Source: Schmidtea polychroa
Taxonomy: Eukaryota
Assembly: GCA_044892525.1 (NCBI GenBank)
Contig: CM097885.1
Coordinates: 238,206,001 to 238,270,000, forward strand
Direction: 5' to 3'
DNA: 64,000 nucleotides
Shown: piece after piece, positions 51,711 to 61,897 of the stretch
Numbering within the stretch: the stretch's first letter is position 1
Layout: each line of letters begins with the position of its first letter
The notes under the pieces: model-generated
Database searches by the model: none
Seen by the model: only the letters and a program-made list of their open reading frames with translations
What the model was told of the DNA's origin: nothing
Made by a program: the position numbers and the translations under genes

Positions 51711-54700
51711 TCACTTATATATGTCAAAACATGCTAGCATCTGGGTTAGTATTACTCTGACTATTTGTATTATCAGAATAATTCCGAGTATTCCTGCCAT
51801 CATTTGGCCAAACACCAAAAATCTACCCCACATAGCCTTCATCATGTTTGCTGTTGCTTGTTGATAGTGACTTGGTGATAATAATAGCTCGTAATTTGGG
51901 CTCTCCCCATAATTATTTCTTCCAGAAATAGTCACTATATTTGATAGGATCGCTTGTCTTTGTGCTGGGAATAACATGTGGGCCCTTGCTGATTCAAGAT
52001 CTTTTGGTGTATATAATCCACTCTGTGATACGTCTATCGGCTTGAACTCTAATTCTGTTGTTAGTTCCGTCAATCCAAATTTCTTGGGTGTCACTACGAT
52101 TGTTTTACTTGGAAATTGAACCCATTGTCCATCTTCTTTTTCATACATTGGTCCATATGCATTACTGCAATTAAACAGATTTGGCTGAAACCCTACCGGG
52201 TTCATTATCCTAGTGACTGCTTGCACAAACCTGGGTTTACCTTCGTGAATAATTTCGAGTTCGTTTGCACACTTATCCCTTGGTATTGTAGGGTTTTCCG
52301 GCAATCTTGCCATTATCTTTTTGCATTGGTAGGTGTACATCACTTCGCCCACGATTCGTCCGAAATATCCTTCCTGTAATGGTAGTAGTGGGATTGCGTT
52401 ATCGGGATTTGTAATCGCCATTGCTAATTTTGTTCTCAATATTTCTTTGTTGAGCAGGCAATCGTTTCTTAACAGATCATGGTAGACTTTTTCCGTGGAT
52501 GTTAATCCTCTGTGATATAAGAAATCCATCTTATTATTAGCGTATAAATATAATTTGACATCCTTTTCGCTTAGTCTTCCGACTGCATTTGCTAGGGTTC
52601 TCCGCGACAAGTAGATCCCTTTATAATTGGTGCTGATCACCATCTCATCGCATTTACTCACCATTTTGTTCTTTATGAACCTCATTCCTATTCCATCGTC
52701 TTTGGAGATTATCGCTGTGGGTGTTACTTCCGATTCCAATTTCGATGTTATTACGTCTTCCCTGAATCCTTTCCTTGCTCTCAATTCTTCCATCGCTCGT
52801 CTCTCTGCTTCTCCTTTTGGTTCGCTGTACACTTTCCCTTGGATTTCTTCGAATATTGCTGTCTTGAGTAACATTAGTCGACATACTTTCTGATCTGCGT
52901 GGTATACCAGAGTTGACATTCCGGTTGAACATGATCGATCTGATGCGAGACAGCTTGGGTATTTCTTCATTGCTTGCGTGTCAGGGTCAAAGTAGCCTTG
53001 ATACTTTTCCAATTTAGCTTCGTAACTTTCTATTACGACCACTCCACTAACCAGTTGTCCGTTCAAGGTGTATGTTCCTGTCTCACATGTTCCGTCTCCT
53101 TTAGTGATTCTGCCCGCCGTATATACGCGAGTCGTTTTTATTTTTCCCGGTTCTGCAGCGATTTCAATCCCTTGCCTTAAGTGGATTCTCCCTGATCGGA
53201 ACCCTTCCTCGCATTCCTCTCTTGATAGTAATATTACTGTCGATTCCAATCCTGGTTCTATGATTGTTGAGTGTGAGGATGAACCGCAGTGATGTGCGAA
53301 TATCTTTCTGGTTACCGTACACTCTTGGACCATAGTTTTGATGAAATCTGCTTCTTGATATACGTTGTACGAGACTGATGCCATGACTGTTTGTAATTTT
53401 CTTGGGTTTGCCGCTTTACAGTCTTCCGTATCCTTTAATGAATATTTCTCATGGATTTTTATGTTGTCGCAGTCGTATACTGCAAATGACTCCGTTCCTT
53501 TGATACACATCATCCATATCAATATCGTGGTTATTATGGCATTCATTCCCTTTCGACTTGCTCTTGGGTCGTTCATATTGATTGTTCCTTCGAATTCAGT
53601 TAGCAAATCGCGTAACTTTGCTTGCATCATTTCCGTTTGATCTTTCTTCCCAGTTGATTCGATGAAGCTTCTCCATCCCCCTTGTTCAAGTATATATGGT
53701 TCTATTGATCGTTTAATTATTTCTGTTACTGTGAATTCGTAACCCGTTGCGTTATATTTTGGCATTCGTTTTTTATATTGACCGATAACGTTATATACTA
53801 AATATCCTAATCCCACTAAAAATCGATTTTGGTCCTCTGATCTGCTTAATAGATGTTCCACAATTAATCTGAGTTCCACGGGATCTTTTAACGTTAATCG
53901 AATTTTATTATCCATGATTTTCATTATTATCGGTTTCAATACTGCCCATAATTGTTTGGCTTCGGTCGGAATATTATCCTTCCTCATTACTCTTTTCACA
54001 TCTGGATTTGCTAATGCTAACATGTTGGCTAATAGGTCATTTATCCATCGTGTCCCTTGTTCTCGGGCGCTTGTCTTCACTTTAACTTGTTTTACTAATG
54101 CACTTAGTTTATCCATTTTAGTTTTTACCTGTTCCATTTGCGCCTGAACTTTGGATTTTGGTTCGATCTCTGCTTTATCTGTTTTTGGTCTTCCTCTTGT
54201 TCGTCGATCCATAGCTGTTCCGGTTTCTTTCCGTTTTGGCGGATTGTAAGTTGTATCTTTTGACGTGGTCGCTCCTGGATCTACTCTCCAGTTGCTCCAT
54301 TCATCGGTTGTGGTTACAGCTTTATTGGCACCTCTTTCCACGTTATCTAAATCCGTCTCGGCTTCCGTCGTTTCCACTGGTTGTCTCTGCGCGCATACAA
54401 ATCCATCTAAATCATCGGTTGTCGGTTCACCTTCGTCGATAAATAGATCTCCTGATTGCGATGCTCTCATAATTTCGCCTGCTTCTACTATCTCTTGTAA
54501 TTCATCCAGTATTTCGTCTTCTCCCGTTGTTTCGATCGTCACTTCACTAACCGCATTTGGAACTTCTGGTGTGTCCAAACTTCCTGGTTGTTGGGTGGAT
54601 GATTTTTGCTTTATCTCTCTTCTCCTTAGCTCTCTACCTGCAATTTTACTCACCGTTAATCTGTTCACAATTTCTCCTTGGAGTGGTGTCACACCAATCT

Positions 54701-56426
54701 CAATATCGTCGTCTAATGATCGTCCCTCGTGTTGTAAGTGGAATGGGAGTTCATAAGGTATTCTCTTTTTAACTTCTCTGACTTTAGCTGTCGTATAGAA
54801 TTCCTTTTCCATTGGTTCAAAATCTGGCATGAATATTTTTAATTGATATTTCTCAGGTGAGTTTTCGGCCCACTCTTGTTGTTTCCATTTCCGGATGATT
54901 TCACCAAATTGTTCAGGGTACCATACGTATACCCGTCGATATTCTTCAATCGCTTTAACGATCTTTCCTAGGTTTTGAATCCTTTTGCATGATTCGGCTA
55001 TCCATTTTGCTAGTTCTACCACCGCTCGTCGACGATTTTTCGCCCCGTTTTGTAATATCTCCATCAACTCCTTACATTTTTGTGCTTCTAACAATGTTGC
55101 TGCTTCCTCCTCATCTGCATCTGCGTCTATTGGTAGATGTCCTGAATCAGGCACTCTTCTCCTCATCATACAGATTCTCGGTTGATTTTCTGGTATGTTC
55201 AGTCGTTGGTTCATTTCTTGTTCTGTTTCGACTTCTACTCTGATCTGGATAGCATTGTTTTTCACAAATTTTGACTGCTCATTCTCAATGTAACTTAGAC
55301 GTATTAATTTAAGTGTCCCAGAAGCGATATTTTCTGATGTTGTTGGTCGTTGATAGCAGGTGCTTCTTGGGTCTGGTTTCATTGTTTCTTTATGTACGTT
55401 AAGGCTATCTTTCAATGGTTCGATTGCTATCGTCACTTTTCTGCTAAACGGCCATGGTACCTTGTCGTCATAATTTCCTTTGCAGATGACGAAGAATGCC
55501 GACACATAACTTCCTTTACCTATCCCGTCTCCGTTCGGGTATATTCGCAATTTCATCTTGTACTCACCTAATCCTGAGTAGAACGGTGGACTTACTAATC
55601 GTGTGATTTTCTCTTCCTTTGCTGATTTTATCTTTTCCATCCAATTCTCAATTTTCCACGTGAATGGTGCTAACCTTACCGGTTCTCGTATCTCCTCATC
55701 CTCTCCTGATGGTAATTCATTTTGGAATTCTTGTGGTAATATATCCTGGTAAGTATCGATCGGTTTCTCTCTTACCCATACTGCTGCGATCTCTTCGGGT
55801 ATATTATCTATCCAATTTGGTTCCAACTTTTGCTGCTCCCAATCCCATCGAGCTTCATTTTCGATCCACACCTTCTTCCACGGTATCAGTTTGCAATCTT
55901 CGTCATTGAATGGTGTTAGTTTTAGTTTGTCATCCTTTAGCCAATGGTTATAAATATCTATTATTCGATCCATCTTGGCTCTCATTCCCCATTGGAATCT
56001 CTTGATTTGTTGATCGGTTTTGGTGGCGTTTTTGTGTCCACCCGATGGTTCATCCATCGCGATTATATTGATGACGGCTCCATCTTCCCAGATTCCTAGT
56101 TCGTAAATTACAGTTCGGTCTCCTCTTTCTAGCATGTGCCTGTTGTACATTATTATCACATCTTCGATCATTCCATCCTCACTATTTTCTCGAGCTTTTT
56201 GGATGATTTCTTGATCTATGATTTGTACCAACTCGTCCACTTGGCAATCGGGGTTAACTTCTATTATTTGTTTCTCTTCATTTGGCAACTTCACTTTTAA
56301 TTTTATCGTTTCTTGTTCGCATTTGGTTCTCTCGTATTCTCCGTATTTGGATATCAATTCTGTCGCTCGTTCATCTTCGAATCTCATAATTTCCGTGTCT
56401 CGTACGTCTTTGACAAATTGTTTCAT
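51711..56426 (-). CDS. Middle polyprotein segment: ubiquitin-like, MATH/TRAF, ubiquitin-like, Bcl-2-like, signal peptide, chuvirus-like envelope glycoprotein with TM
   Basis: MATH FTWKIENW..SPPFY..YKMKLRIYPNGDG..PWPF (~55230-55670); BH2-like YILEQGGWRSF (~53670-53700); signal AIITTILIWMMCIKGTES then FAVYDC...YSL...C; Cys-rich ectodomain with GEVMYTYQC; TM at ~51740-51830. Confidence 0.85.
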   Translation of the reverse strand: MKQFVKDVRDTEIMRFEDERATELISKYGEYERTKCEQETIKLKVKLPNEEKQIIEVNPDCQVDELVQIIDQEIIQKARENSEDGMIEDVIIMYNRHMLERGDRTVIYELGIWEDGAVINIIAMDEPSGGHKNATKTDQQIKRFQWGMRAKMDRIIDIYNHWLKDDKLKLTPFNDEDCKLIPWKKVWIENEARWDWEQQKLEPNWIDNIPEEIAAVWVREKPIDTYQDILPQEFQNELPSGEDEEIREPVRLAPFTWKIENWMEKIKSAKEEKITRLVSPPFYSGLGEYKMKLRIYPNGDGIGKGSYVSAFFVICKGNYDDKVPWPFSRKVTIAIEPLKDSLNVHKETMKPDPRSTCYQRPTTSENIASGTLKLIRLSYIENEQSKFVKNNAIQIRVEVETEQEMNQRLNIPENQPRICMMRRRVPDSGHLPIDADADEEEAATLLEAQKCKELMEILQNGAKNRRRAVVELAKWIAESCKRIQNLGKIVKAIEEYRRVYVWYPEQFGEIIRKWKQQEWAENSPEKYQLKIFMPDFEPMEKEFYTTAKVREVKKRIPYELPFHLQHEGRSLDDDIEIGVTPLQGEIVNRLTVSKIAGRELRRREIKQKSSTQQPGSLDTPEVPNAVSEVTIETTGEDEILDELQEIVEAGEIMRASQSGDLFIDEGEPTTDDLDGFVCAQRQPVETTEAETDLDNVERGANKAVTTTDEWSNWRVDPGATTSKDTTYNPPKRKETGTAMDRRTRGRPKTDKAEIEPKSKVQAQMEQVKTKMDKLSALVKQVKVKTSAREQGTRWINDLLANMLALANPDVKRVMRKDNIPTEAKQLWAVLKPIIMKIMDNKIRLTLKDPVELRLIVEHLLSRSEDQNRFLVGLGYLVYNVIGQYKKRMPKYNATGYEFTVTEIIKRSIEPYILEQGGWRSFIESTGKKDQTEMMQAKLRDLLTEFEGTINMNDPRASRKGMNAIITTILIWMMCIKGTESFAVYDCDNIKIHEKYSLKDTEDCKAANPRKLQTVMASVSYNVYQEADFIKTMVQECTVTRKIFAHHCGSSSHSTIIEPGLESTVILLSREECEEGFRSGRIHLRQGIEIAAEPGKIKTTRVYTAGRITKGDGTCETGTYTLNGQLVSGVVVIESYEAKLEKYQGYFDPDTQAMKKYPSCLASDRSCSTGMSTLVYHADQKVCRLMLLKTAIFEEIQGKVYSEPKGEAERRAMEELRARKGFREDVITSKLESEVTPTAIISKDDGIGMRFIKNKMVSKCDEMVISTNYKGIYLSRRTLANAVGRLSEKDVKLYLYANNKMDFLYHRGLTSTEKVYHDLLRNDCLLNKEILRTKLAMAITNPDNAIPLLPLQEGYFGRIVGEVMYTYQCKKIMARLPENPTIPRDKCANELEIIHEGKPRFVQAVTRIMNPVGFQPNLFNCSNAYGPMYEKEDGQWVQFPSKTIVVTPKKFGLTELTTELEFKPIDVSQSGLYTPKDLESARAHMLFPAQRQAILSNIVTISGRNNYGESPNYELLLSPSHYQQATANMMKAMWGRFLVFGQMMAGILGIILIIQIVRVILTQMLACFDIYK

Positions 56427-56507
56427 TAGTTGTGGCCATCTTTCTCTCAGTCTATTAATGTATTTCCTTGTCTGATCGATAGCTTGTTTGACTAAGATTA
56501 TTTGATT

Positions 56508-59147
56508 TTATTTCATTATTTTTCGTTCGATCTTTTCCAATTCTGGTTCCACTTCATTGTTAAACACTTGTTGGATTTTCTTGAACATCTCTGCTACCGA
56601 GTCGTCATCTCTGGTTTTCTCTAAGGTTAAGATGTTAGTTTCGTTTGGCCATATCATCGCATCTACCAAATGTATGCCCATTTTAACTTTGTAACCATCG
56701 ACATATAATTGTTTATTTTTATGGCTCGTTCCCATTTTTTCCTGTACCCAGTTGTACAGTTCATCGGTATTTGTTCCTTTTAATTCAATAGTCTGTATCT
56801 GAATCTCGGGGTGTTGAATACTTACTTGATATTGATCTGGGCCTGCTTCCTTTAGTTTCTCTTTATATTTTGTTGCTAAATCTTTCCATGCTGCCGTTAT
56901 TATACCTCCTTCACACTGGTATACTTGAGTTATAAGTTTTAAGCATTTTCTATATGTTAACTCGTTGATGTAGCTCTCATTTCGCTCTATTTCTGTTACT
57001 GTGTCGAGAATTTCCTCGAATATCTCTTTTTCATCTTTTTCTATCATTGATTTCATATCATCATTTTCACTCTCCTCACTACTTTGAGGTGTTTCACTGT
57101 TTGGAGGTGTTTTCGGTTCGTTATTTTCCTCACTTGACTGAAATAATTCGCCTCCCAGGCTACTCACCTCACTTTTCTCATCTTCCTGATCCGTCTGATC
57201 GCTCCGCATTTGTCTCAGCATGTTTATTTTAGCTTTGGTATGTGGTTCCTTCTTTTCAAACCACTCATTTTTCTTGAACCAATGCTCTTTCACTTTTTCT
57301 TTTATTTGTTCCTCAGTTAATGTAGGGTTTTCGTTTTTGATTCTGTCTTCGATTTTTTGTAGTAGTACCCTCTGAATTCGATTTTTTGTAACTATCTCAT
57401 TGCTTTTTGGTTCGTCTTTACTCTCATCTCTCTTTTGTCTCCTTTCTTTCTCCTCTTTGGTAAATTCTTTAATCAATTGTATTTTCTCTTCACTGCTCAA
57501 TTCTGTTCGTGGATCAATCTCATTTTCTTTTGTCGTTTTTATCTCCTTGTTTATTATCGGTTCACTCCCGTCGTTGTTAACACACTGCTCCGCAGTGTGC
57601 GATTCCTCTTTATTTGTTAATCTCATCATATTTATTCTTCCGGGATTCGCTTCCCGTTGTTTCCATCTTTCTTGAATTTCTCTGGCTTCCTCGTTTTGTA
57701 ATCTTTGCCATTCGACTCGTTGCTGATCTTGTTGTTGCTTACTTGGTTGGTTCCGGATTTCCTCGGTGCTCTGCATCATGTTGATTCGTTGTTGTTGGTT
57801 ATTAGTCGGTATTCGCTGGATCATATCTTTTAATTGTTCGATTTCCTGCATGAGGTTGATTTGTGTGTTCTGAACTGGATTGTTTGATCCTGGTTGATTT
57901 GGTTTGGTTCTCATCGTGCATTCTCTTGCCATGTGTCCAGGCTGATTACAATTATAGCAGATTCTGGTTCCTCCTCTGCCCATAGACATCATGGGTCCTC
58001 TGCAGACATTTTCCGTGTGGCCTCTTCTCCCACACTTTTGACACATCCTTGCTCTATAACATTCATTGCTCCAATGCCCTGGTCGTTGGCATATGTTGCA
58101 CGTTCGATTGTTGATGTCGTTGTTCCTGAAATTATTAGTAAAATTTTGAATATTACCTCCATTGTTTTGGTTTCTTGTTTGTGGAGTTTTGAACAACTGT
58201 TGCGATCCTGGGATGAATTGATTCATTACTGGATTTGCATTATTGACTTGGTTGTTTGTGGTTGTTGCTGTTGTTGCTGGAGCTGCTGGGGCTGCTGTCA
58301 TTGCTGCTACTTGTATTGGTGTTAGGTAAGTTTCACATTTGTTAGCTATTTTTAGTGCTTCTTCCAGCGTCTCTGGTGCTCGGCATCCCAAGGTTGCTCG
58401 TATATCCTCCCGTTTCATACCATCTATGAATACGGCTATTATCTTGTCTTCCGGAACTGGTTGATTTGAATCGAAGGCTTCTCTTGCTAGTCGTCTCAAT
58501 TCACATGCGTATAGTGCATTGGATTCACTATATTTCTGCTTTCGATGTAGAAAGTCTAACATTTTCCGATTTCCTTCCTTTTCAGTACCGAATGTTTTTA
58601 TTAGAAACTCTTTGATCTCTTTCCACGTTCTCAATTTTGTTGCATCGCATTTCGTCTCCAAATATACATCTTGGGCGCTTCCTTTTAGATATAGGGGTAT
58701 TCGTTCTCGTACGGTCAGATCTGGCCAGCGGCATATCGTAATATATACTTCGAATTCTTTTATAAACGTTTCCAACTGGCTTATATTTCCATCGAATGGC
58801 TCTCCTCGAAATTTATCTCTAAATACCCCTGGTTCATTTAGGTTTCCGTCCGACATTATCTCTTGGCACAGTACGGTTATTTCTGTTGTCTCGGATATAT
58901 TTTCCTCTTCGTCAGTTGATTCGACGTCGCTTATTGGATCTAATTCGGTTCGTTTAGGATCGTCGCTGTTCTCAAATTCGTTAGTTAAACTTTCTGATTC
59001 AAATACTGTTTCCACCGATTCCGGTTTCTTGTATAGTTTTCTGTTTTTCTTGGCTCTTTGTATCTCCTCTTTTTCTAATAAACTGAGGTTTCCTTTACTT
59101 TTTTGTCTCGTTCGGTTAGCTATACTCTCAATTTTTCCTCTTTTCAA
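56508..59147 (-). CDS. gag: Gag (capsid-like domain, three CCHC zinc knuckles) extended by a charged region and a ubiquitin-like domain
   Basis: PFDGN..FIKEFE..YLKGSAQ..TWKEIK..RKQKYSES..FIDGM; CNICQRPGHWSNEC, CQKCGRRGHTENVC, CYNCNQPGHMAREC. Confidence 0.93.
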   Translation of the reverse strand: MKRGKIESIANRTRQKSKGNLSLLEKEEIQRAKKNRKLYKKPESVETVFESESLTNEFENSDDPKRTELDPISDVESTDEEENISETTEITVLCQEIMSDGNLNEPGVFRDKFRGEPFDGNISQLETFIKEFEVYITICRWPDLTVRERIPLYLKGSAQDVYLETKCDATKLRTWKEIKEFLIKTFGTEKEGNRKMLDFLHRKQKYSESNALYACELRRLAREAFDSNQPVPEDKIIAVFIDGMKREDIRATLGCRAPETLEEALKIANKCETYLTPIQVAAMTAAPAAPATTATTTNNQVNNANPVMNQFIPGSQQLFKTPQTRNQNNGGNIQNFTNNFRNNDINNRTCNICQRPGHWSNECYRARMCQKCGRRGHTENVCRGPMMSMGRGGTRICYNCNQPGHMARECTMRTKPNQPGSNNPVQNTQINLMQEIEQLKDMIQRIPTNNQQQRINMMQSTEEIRNQPSKQQQDQQRVEWQRLQNEEAREIQERWKQREANPGRINMMRLTNKEESHTAEQCVNNDGSEPIINKEIKTTKENEIDPRTELSSEEKIQLIKEFTKEEKERRQKRDESKDEPKSNEIVTKNRIQRVLLQKIEDRIKNENPTLTEEQIKEKVKEHWFKKNEWFEKKEPHTKAKINMLRQMRSDQTDQEDEKSEVSSLGGELFQSSEENNEPKTPPNSETPQSSEESENDDMKSMIEKDEKEIFEEILDTVTEIERNESYINELTYRKCLKLITQVYQCEGGIITAAWKDLATKYKEKLKEAGPDQYQVSIQHPEIQIQTIELKGTNTDELYNWVQEKMGTSHKNKQLYVDGYKVKMGIHLVDAMIWPNETNILTLEKTRDDDSVAEMFKKIQQVFNNEVEPELEKIERKIMK

Positions 59148-59839
59148 TATCCTTTGGTAAATTTTCTACTTCGTTTATCGAGCTTTGATGTTTCTAATTA
59201 TTGTTTCACTTTTCTTTAATCTTTACAATTCTCTAATCCCTCTTGGATTTGGTTTTATTGATTTCCTTGATTCTTCGCTTTTGATTGATTTCTCTATCTC
59301 GCTTGATTTCTATTGCTTTCTTGATTTCTTTGATTTCTTTCTGAATTGTTTGCTTTATTCTAAAATAATTAACACCTCTAGTACATATCATAAATTCTCT
59401 TTATTAAACCCTTCATTTACTTTCCATTTTCCCTTTATTTTATTATTTCTTCGCTTCGAATTTCCTAACTTTCCTACACTTTTCGCTATTCACCCCATTT
59501 TGATTTTAAGTCGATTTTAAATTATCTATAACTCGTATCAATTATCTATACAGTCGTATCAATTATCTATCCCTTTTATAATCATCAAGTAAATATAATA
59601 TTAATTATATAAATATCAAAAGAAATATATCATTAATAAATAAAATTCCATAATTCAACTACTATCTATTCGTTCGCTTTTCCCCATCCAAAAACTGGTT
59701 TCATGTTCTCTTGCGCCGGCGCCTTGTCATAATTTTCCTTTACTCATTATATATTTGTCGCACTTAATCTATTTCGATTTAATCAACTTCATTTTAATCA
59801 TTGATGCTTTGGTTCGCGCGACCTCTACATCCACCTTTA

Positions 59840-60690
59840 TTTACCATCGGTTCTCTGGCCGGTTTAATCAACTCCTTTATTTTTATTTAAATCATTTCAC
59901 TCAATTACCATCGGCTCTCTGGCCGGTTTAATCAACTCATTTTAATCTCATGAAGTCTTTTACGACTCCTAGACGCCTGGGCTTTTACACCATTACGCCG
60001 TATTCGCGGTCTTCGGTCCCTGACCGGTTTCAAATGCCCTAAATGAGGTTTCTTCAACCCCCAGACGCCTTCGGTTTTTACACCTACTATCGTCCCTACC
60101 GCGATTAAATTGAGTTGACAGTTGACTTTCGGGCTAATTAAAAATTCAAGGTTCCTCCTACTCAAATTCCTAATCCGCTGAGGCCTCACAACTGGCTCAA
60201 TTCTTGGCCGCTTATTGAAAAGAGTCTAATACCGGTAACTCTAATCTCATCGCCGTTTCACTGGGCCTATCAGTACTCGGTGTGGGCATCCGGGTTTTGT
60301 ACCGACCCCTGCTAGCAATAATCACGAAGAAAAAACATCCTATCTATCAGGATTTAAAAAACACGGAAATGCCTAATCGCCTTGATCGTGATTCTCAAAA
60401 GTGATGAACCAGATCTCCCGACTAGTGAAGATAAAAGGAAATTGGATATGCAGTTGACTTTCGGTCCTCTGCCTCACAACTGGTCCAATCTTGGTTGCCT
60501 ATTGAGTACGAGTCCTTTACCGGTTGACTCGCATCTCACAACCGTTTCACTGGGCTCCTTAATACTCGGTGTAGGTAACTGGGTCTCTCTCGTTCGCTAC
60601 CCTTCCGGGTTTTTGTATCAAGTCCCGCTAGCAACTCAAAAAGTGCGCCCAATACTCGGTGTGGTATCCGGGTTTTTGTATTGGGTGATC
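59840..60690. repeat. Duplicated GC-richer blocks in the long 5' leader
   Basis: ttaccatcgg.tctctggccggtttaatcaact twice (~59841, ~59905); cagttgactttcgg...gcctcacaactgg...ccgtttcactgggc...tactcggtgt...ccgggtttt twice (~60119-60320, ~60450-60680). Confidence 0.8.
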
Positions 60691-61414
60691 CAGCATCATC
60701 AGTCCCTTGGCTGATAATCTCCTGGACACTACAGTCCGGTGGTTAGCCGCTGTACTCGGGTGCCTCATCACTCGCTAGGGAAAATCATTACTACTCATCT
60801 GATTTGAAGTCCAAAAACGGTTTCTTCAAATCCGCAGCTGCTCTCGGATTAGATTTTTAACATTTAGCGCGCGTTTTTCAATTTTTATTTTATTTTTCTA
60901 TTTTTATTCACCCTTTTAGTCAACCCCAGTCTCCCAGACAAAAAAATATAATAATCGCGTTGGTTCATTTCTCCTAAGTGGTGATCAGTCACTCGACAGA
61001 AACTCCCCAACATTTGCGATGGATCCTACTACATTCTCTCGTCAGGGTGATCAGGATTTCCCCATCCGGGCAAGTGTCGTAAGGACGATTCACTTGTCAT
61101 CCCCTCATTATCGTATCTCTCTATGCCAAAAATAATAACAAGGAAGAAAAGGAAAAAATTTCGTATTGATCTTATAGATCAGCCCATCTATACGACTATG
61201 ATCCGTCTCACATCCAATTTTGATTTTTGTTGTTCTAAATGCTGTGTTGCTTGTCTATTTATTTAACGTCTTTTGTGTCCTTTATATGTCTATGTTCATC
61301 GTATGTTTTATACCTTTCGGTTGCTATAATGGATTTTAATATAATTTAATATTTATTTTATCATTCGTACTCATTTACAATTCACTTCTTTATTATTTAT
61401 TCGACCACATCTCC

Positions 61415-61897
61415 TTATGGGAGGTATATTACAACTCTTTCTCTAACGTTTGTATCACATGCATTACATCGTTTTACTTTTTCTGCGCACCCTTCGCAGT
61501 AACATAAATGACCACAGGGTATCATCATTACCCGTATTTCGTTGATTCTACATATAAAGCATTTTCTGAAGTCTTTAACTTGGCGTTCAATTGCTTCTCT
61601 AATTTCCTCTTCAATCGTTTCCATTTTTATCATTATCTCCTGCCATTTGATGTTAAACTTGGCATTATCCAATCGTAAATTTTGGATTTGATAAACTCTT
61701 TTAGTACTCAGTTCCGCGTTGGGTGTTGCTATTCTCATCATTACGCATACTTCCTCAGCTTGTGGTCTTGGTTTCAAGCTCAGTTCGTCGTGGATTTTTA
61801 GTAACTGGTCTGCTTTTCGATTTAATCGTTGTAGCGAATTATTTGTCAAATTAACGAAGTTCTCGAGTTTGTTTACCATGTAGCCGGCTGATTCCAT
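61415..61897 (-). CDS. Coiled-coil plus IAP/MDM2-type RING finger protein upstream of gag
   Basis: CFICRINEIRVMMIPCGHLCYCEGCAEKVKRCNACDTNVRERVVIYLP at the C-terminus. Confidence 0.88.
   Translation of the reverse strand: MESAGYMVNKLENFVNLTNNSLQRLNRKADQLLKIHDELSLKPRPQAEEVCVMMRIATPNAELSTKRVYQIQNLRLDNAKFNIKWQEIMIKMETIEEEIREAIERQVKDFRKCFICRINEIRVMMIPCGHLCYCEGCAEKVKRCNACDTNVRERVVIYLP

Noticed and set aside
43042..56510. Alternative genetic code explaining the in-frame stops
   Set aside because: Both TGA and TAA are involved, they are very rare in the long frames, and TGA, TAA and TAG all end other genes normally in this window.
37774..59520. Many plus-strand ORFs (e.g. 43088-43990, 37774-38499, 58519-59160)
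   Set aside because: Antisense shadows of real minus-strand genes; Ser/Phe/Leu-rich with no motifs.
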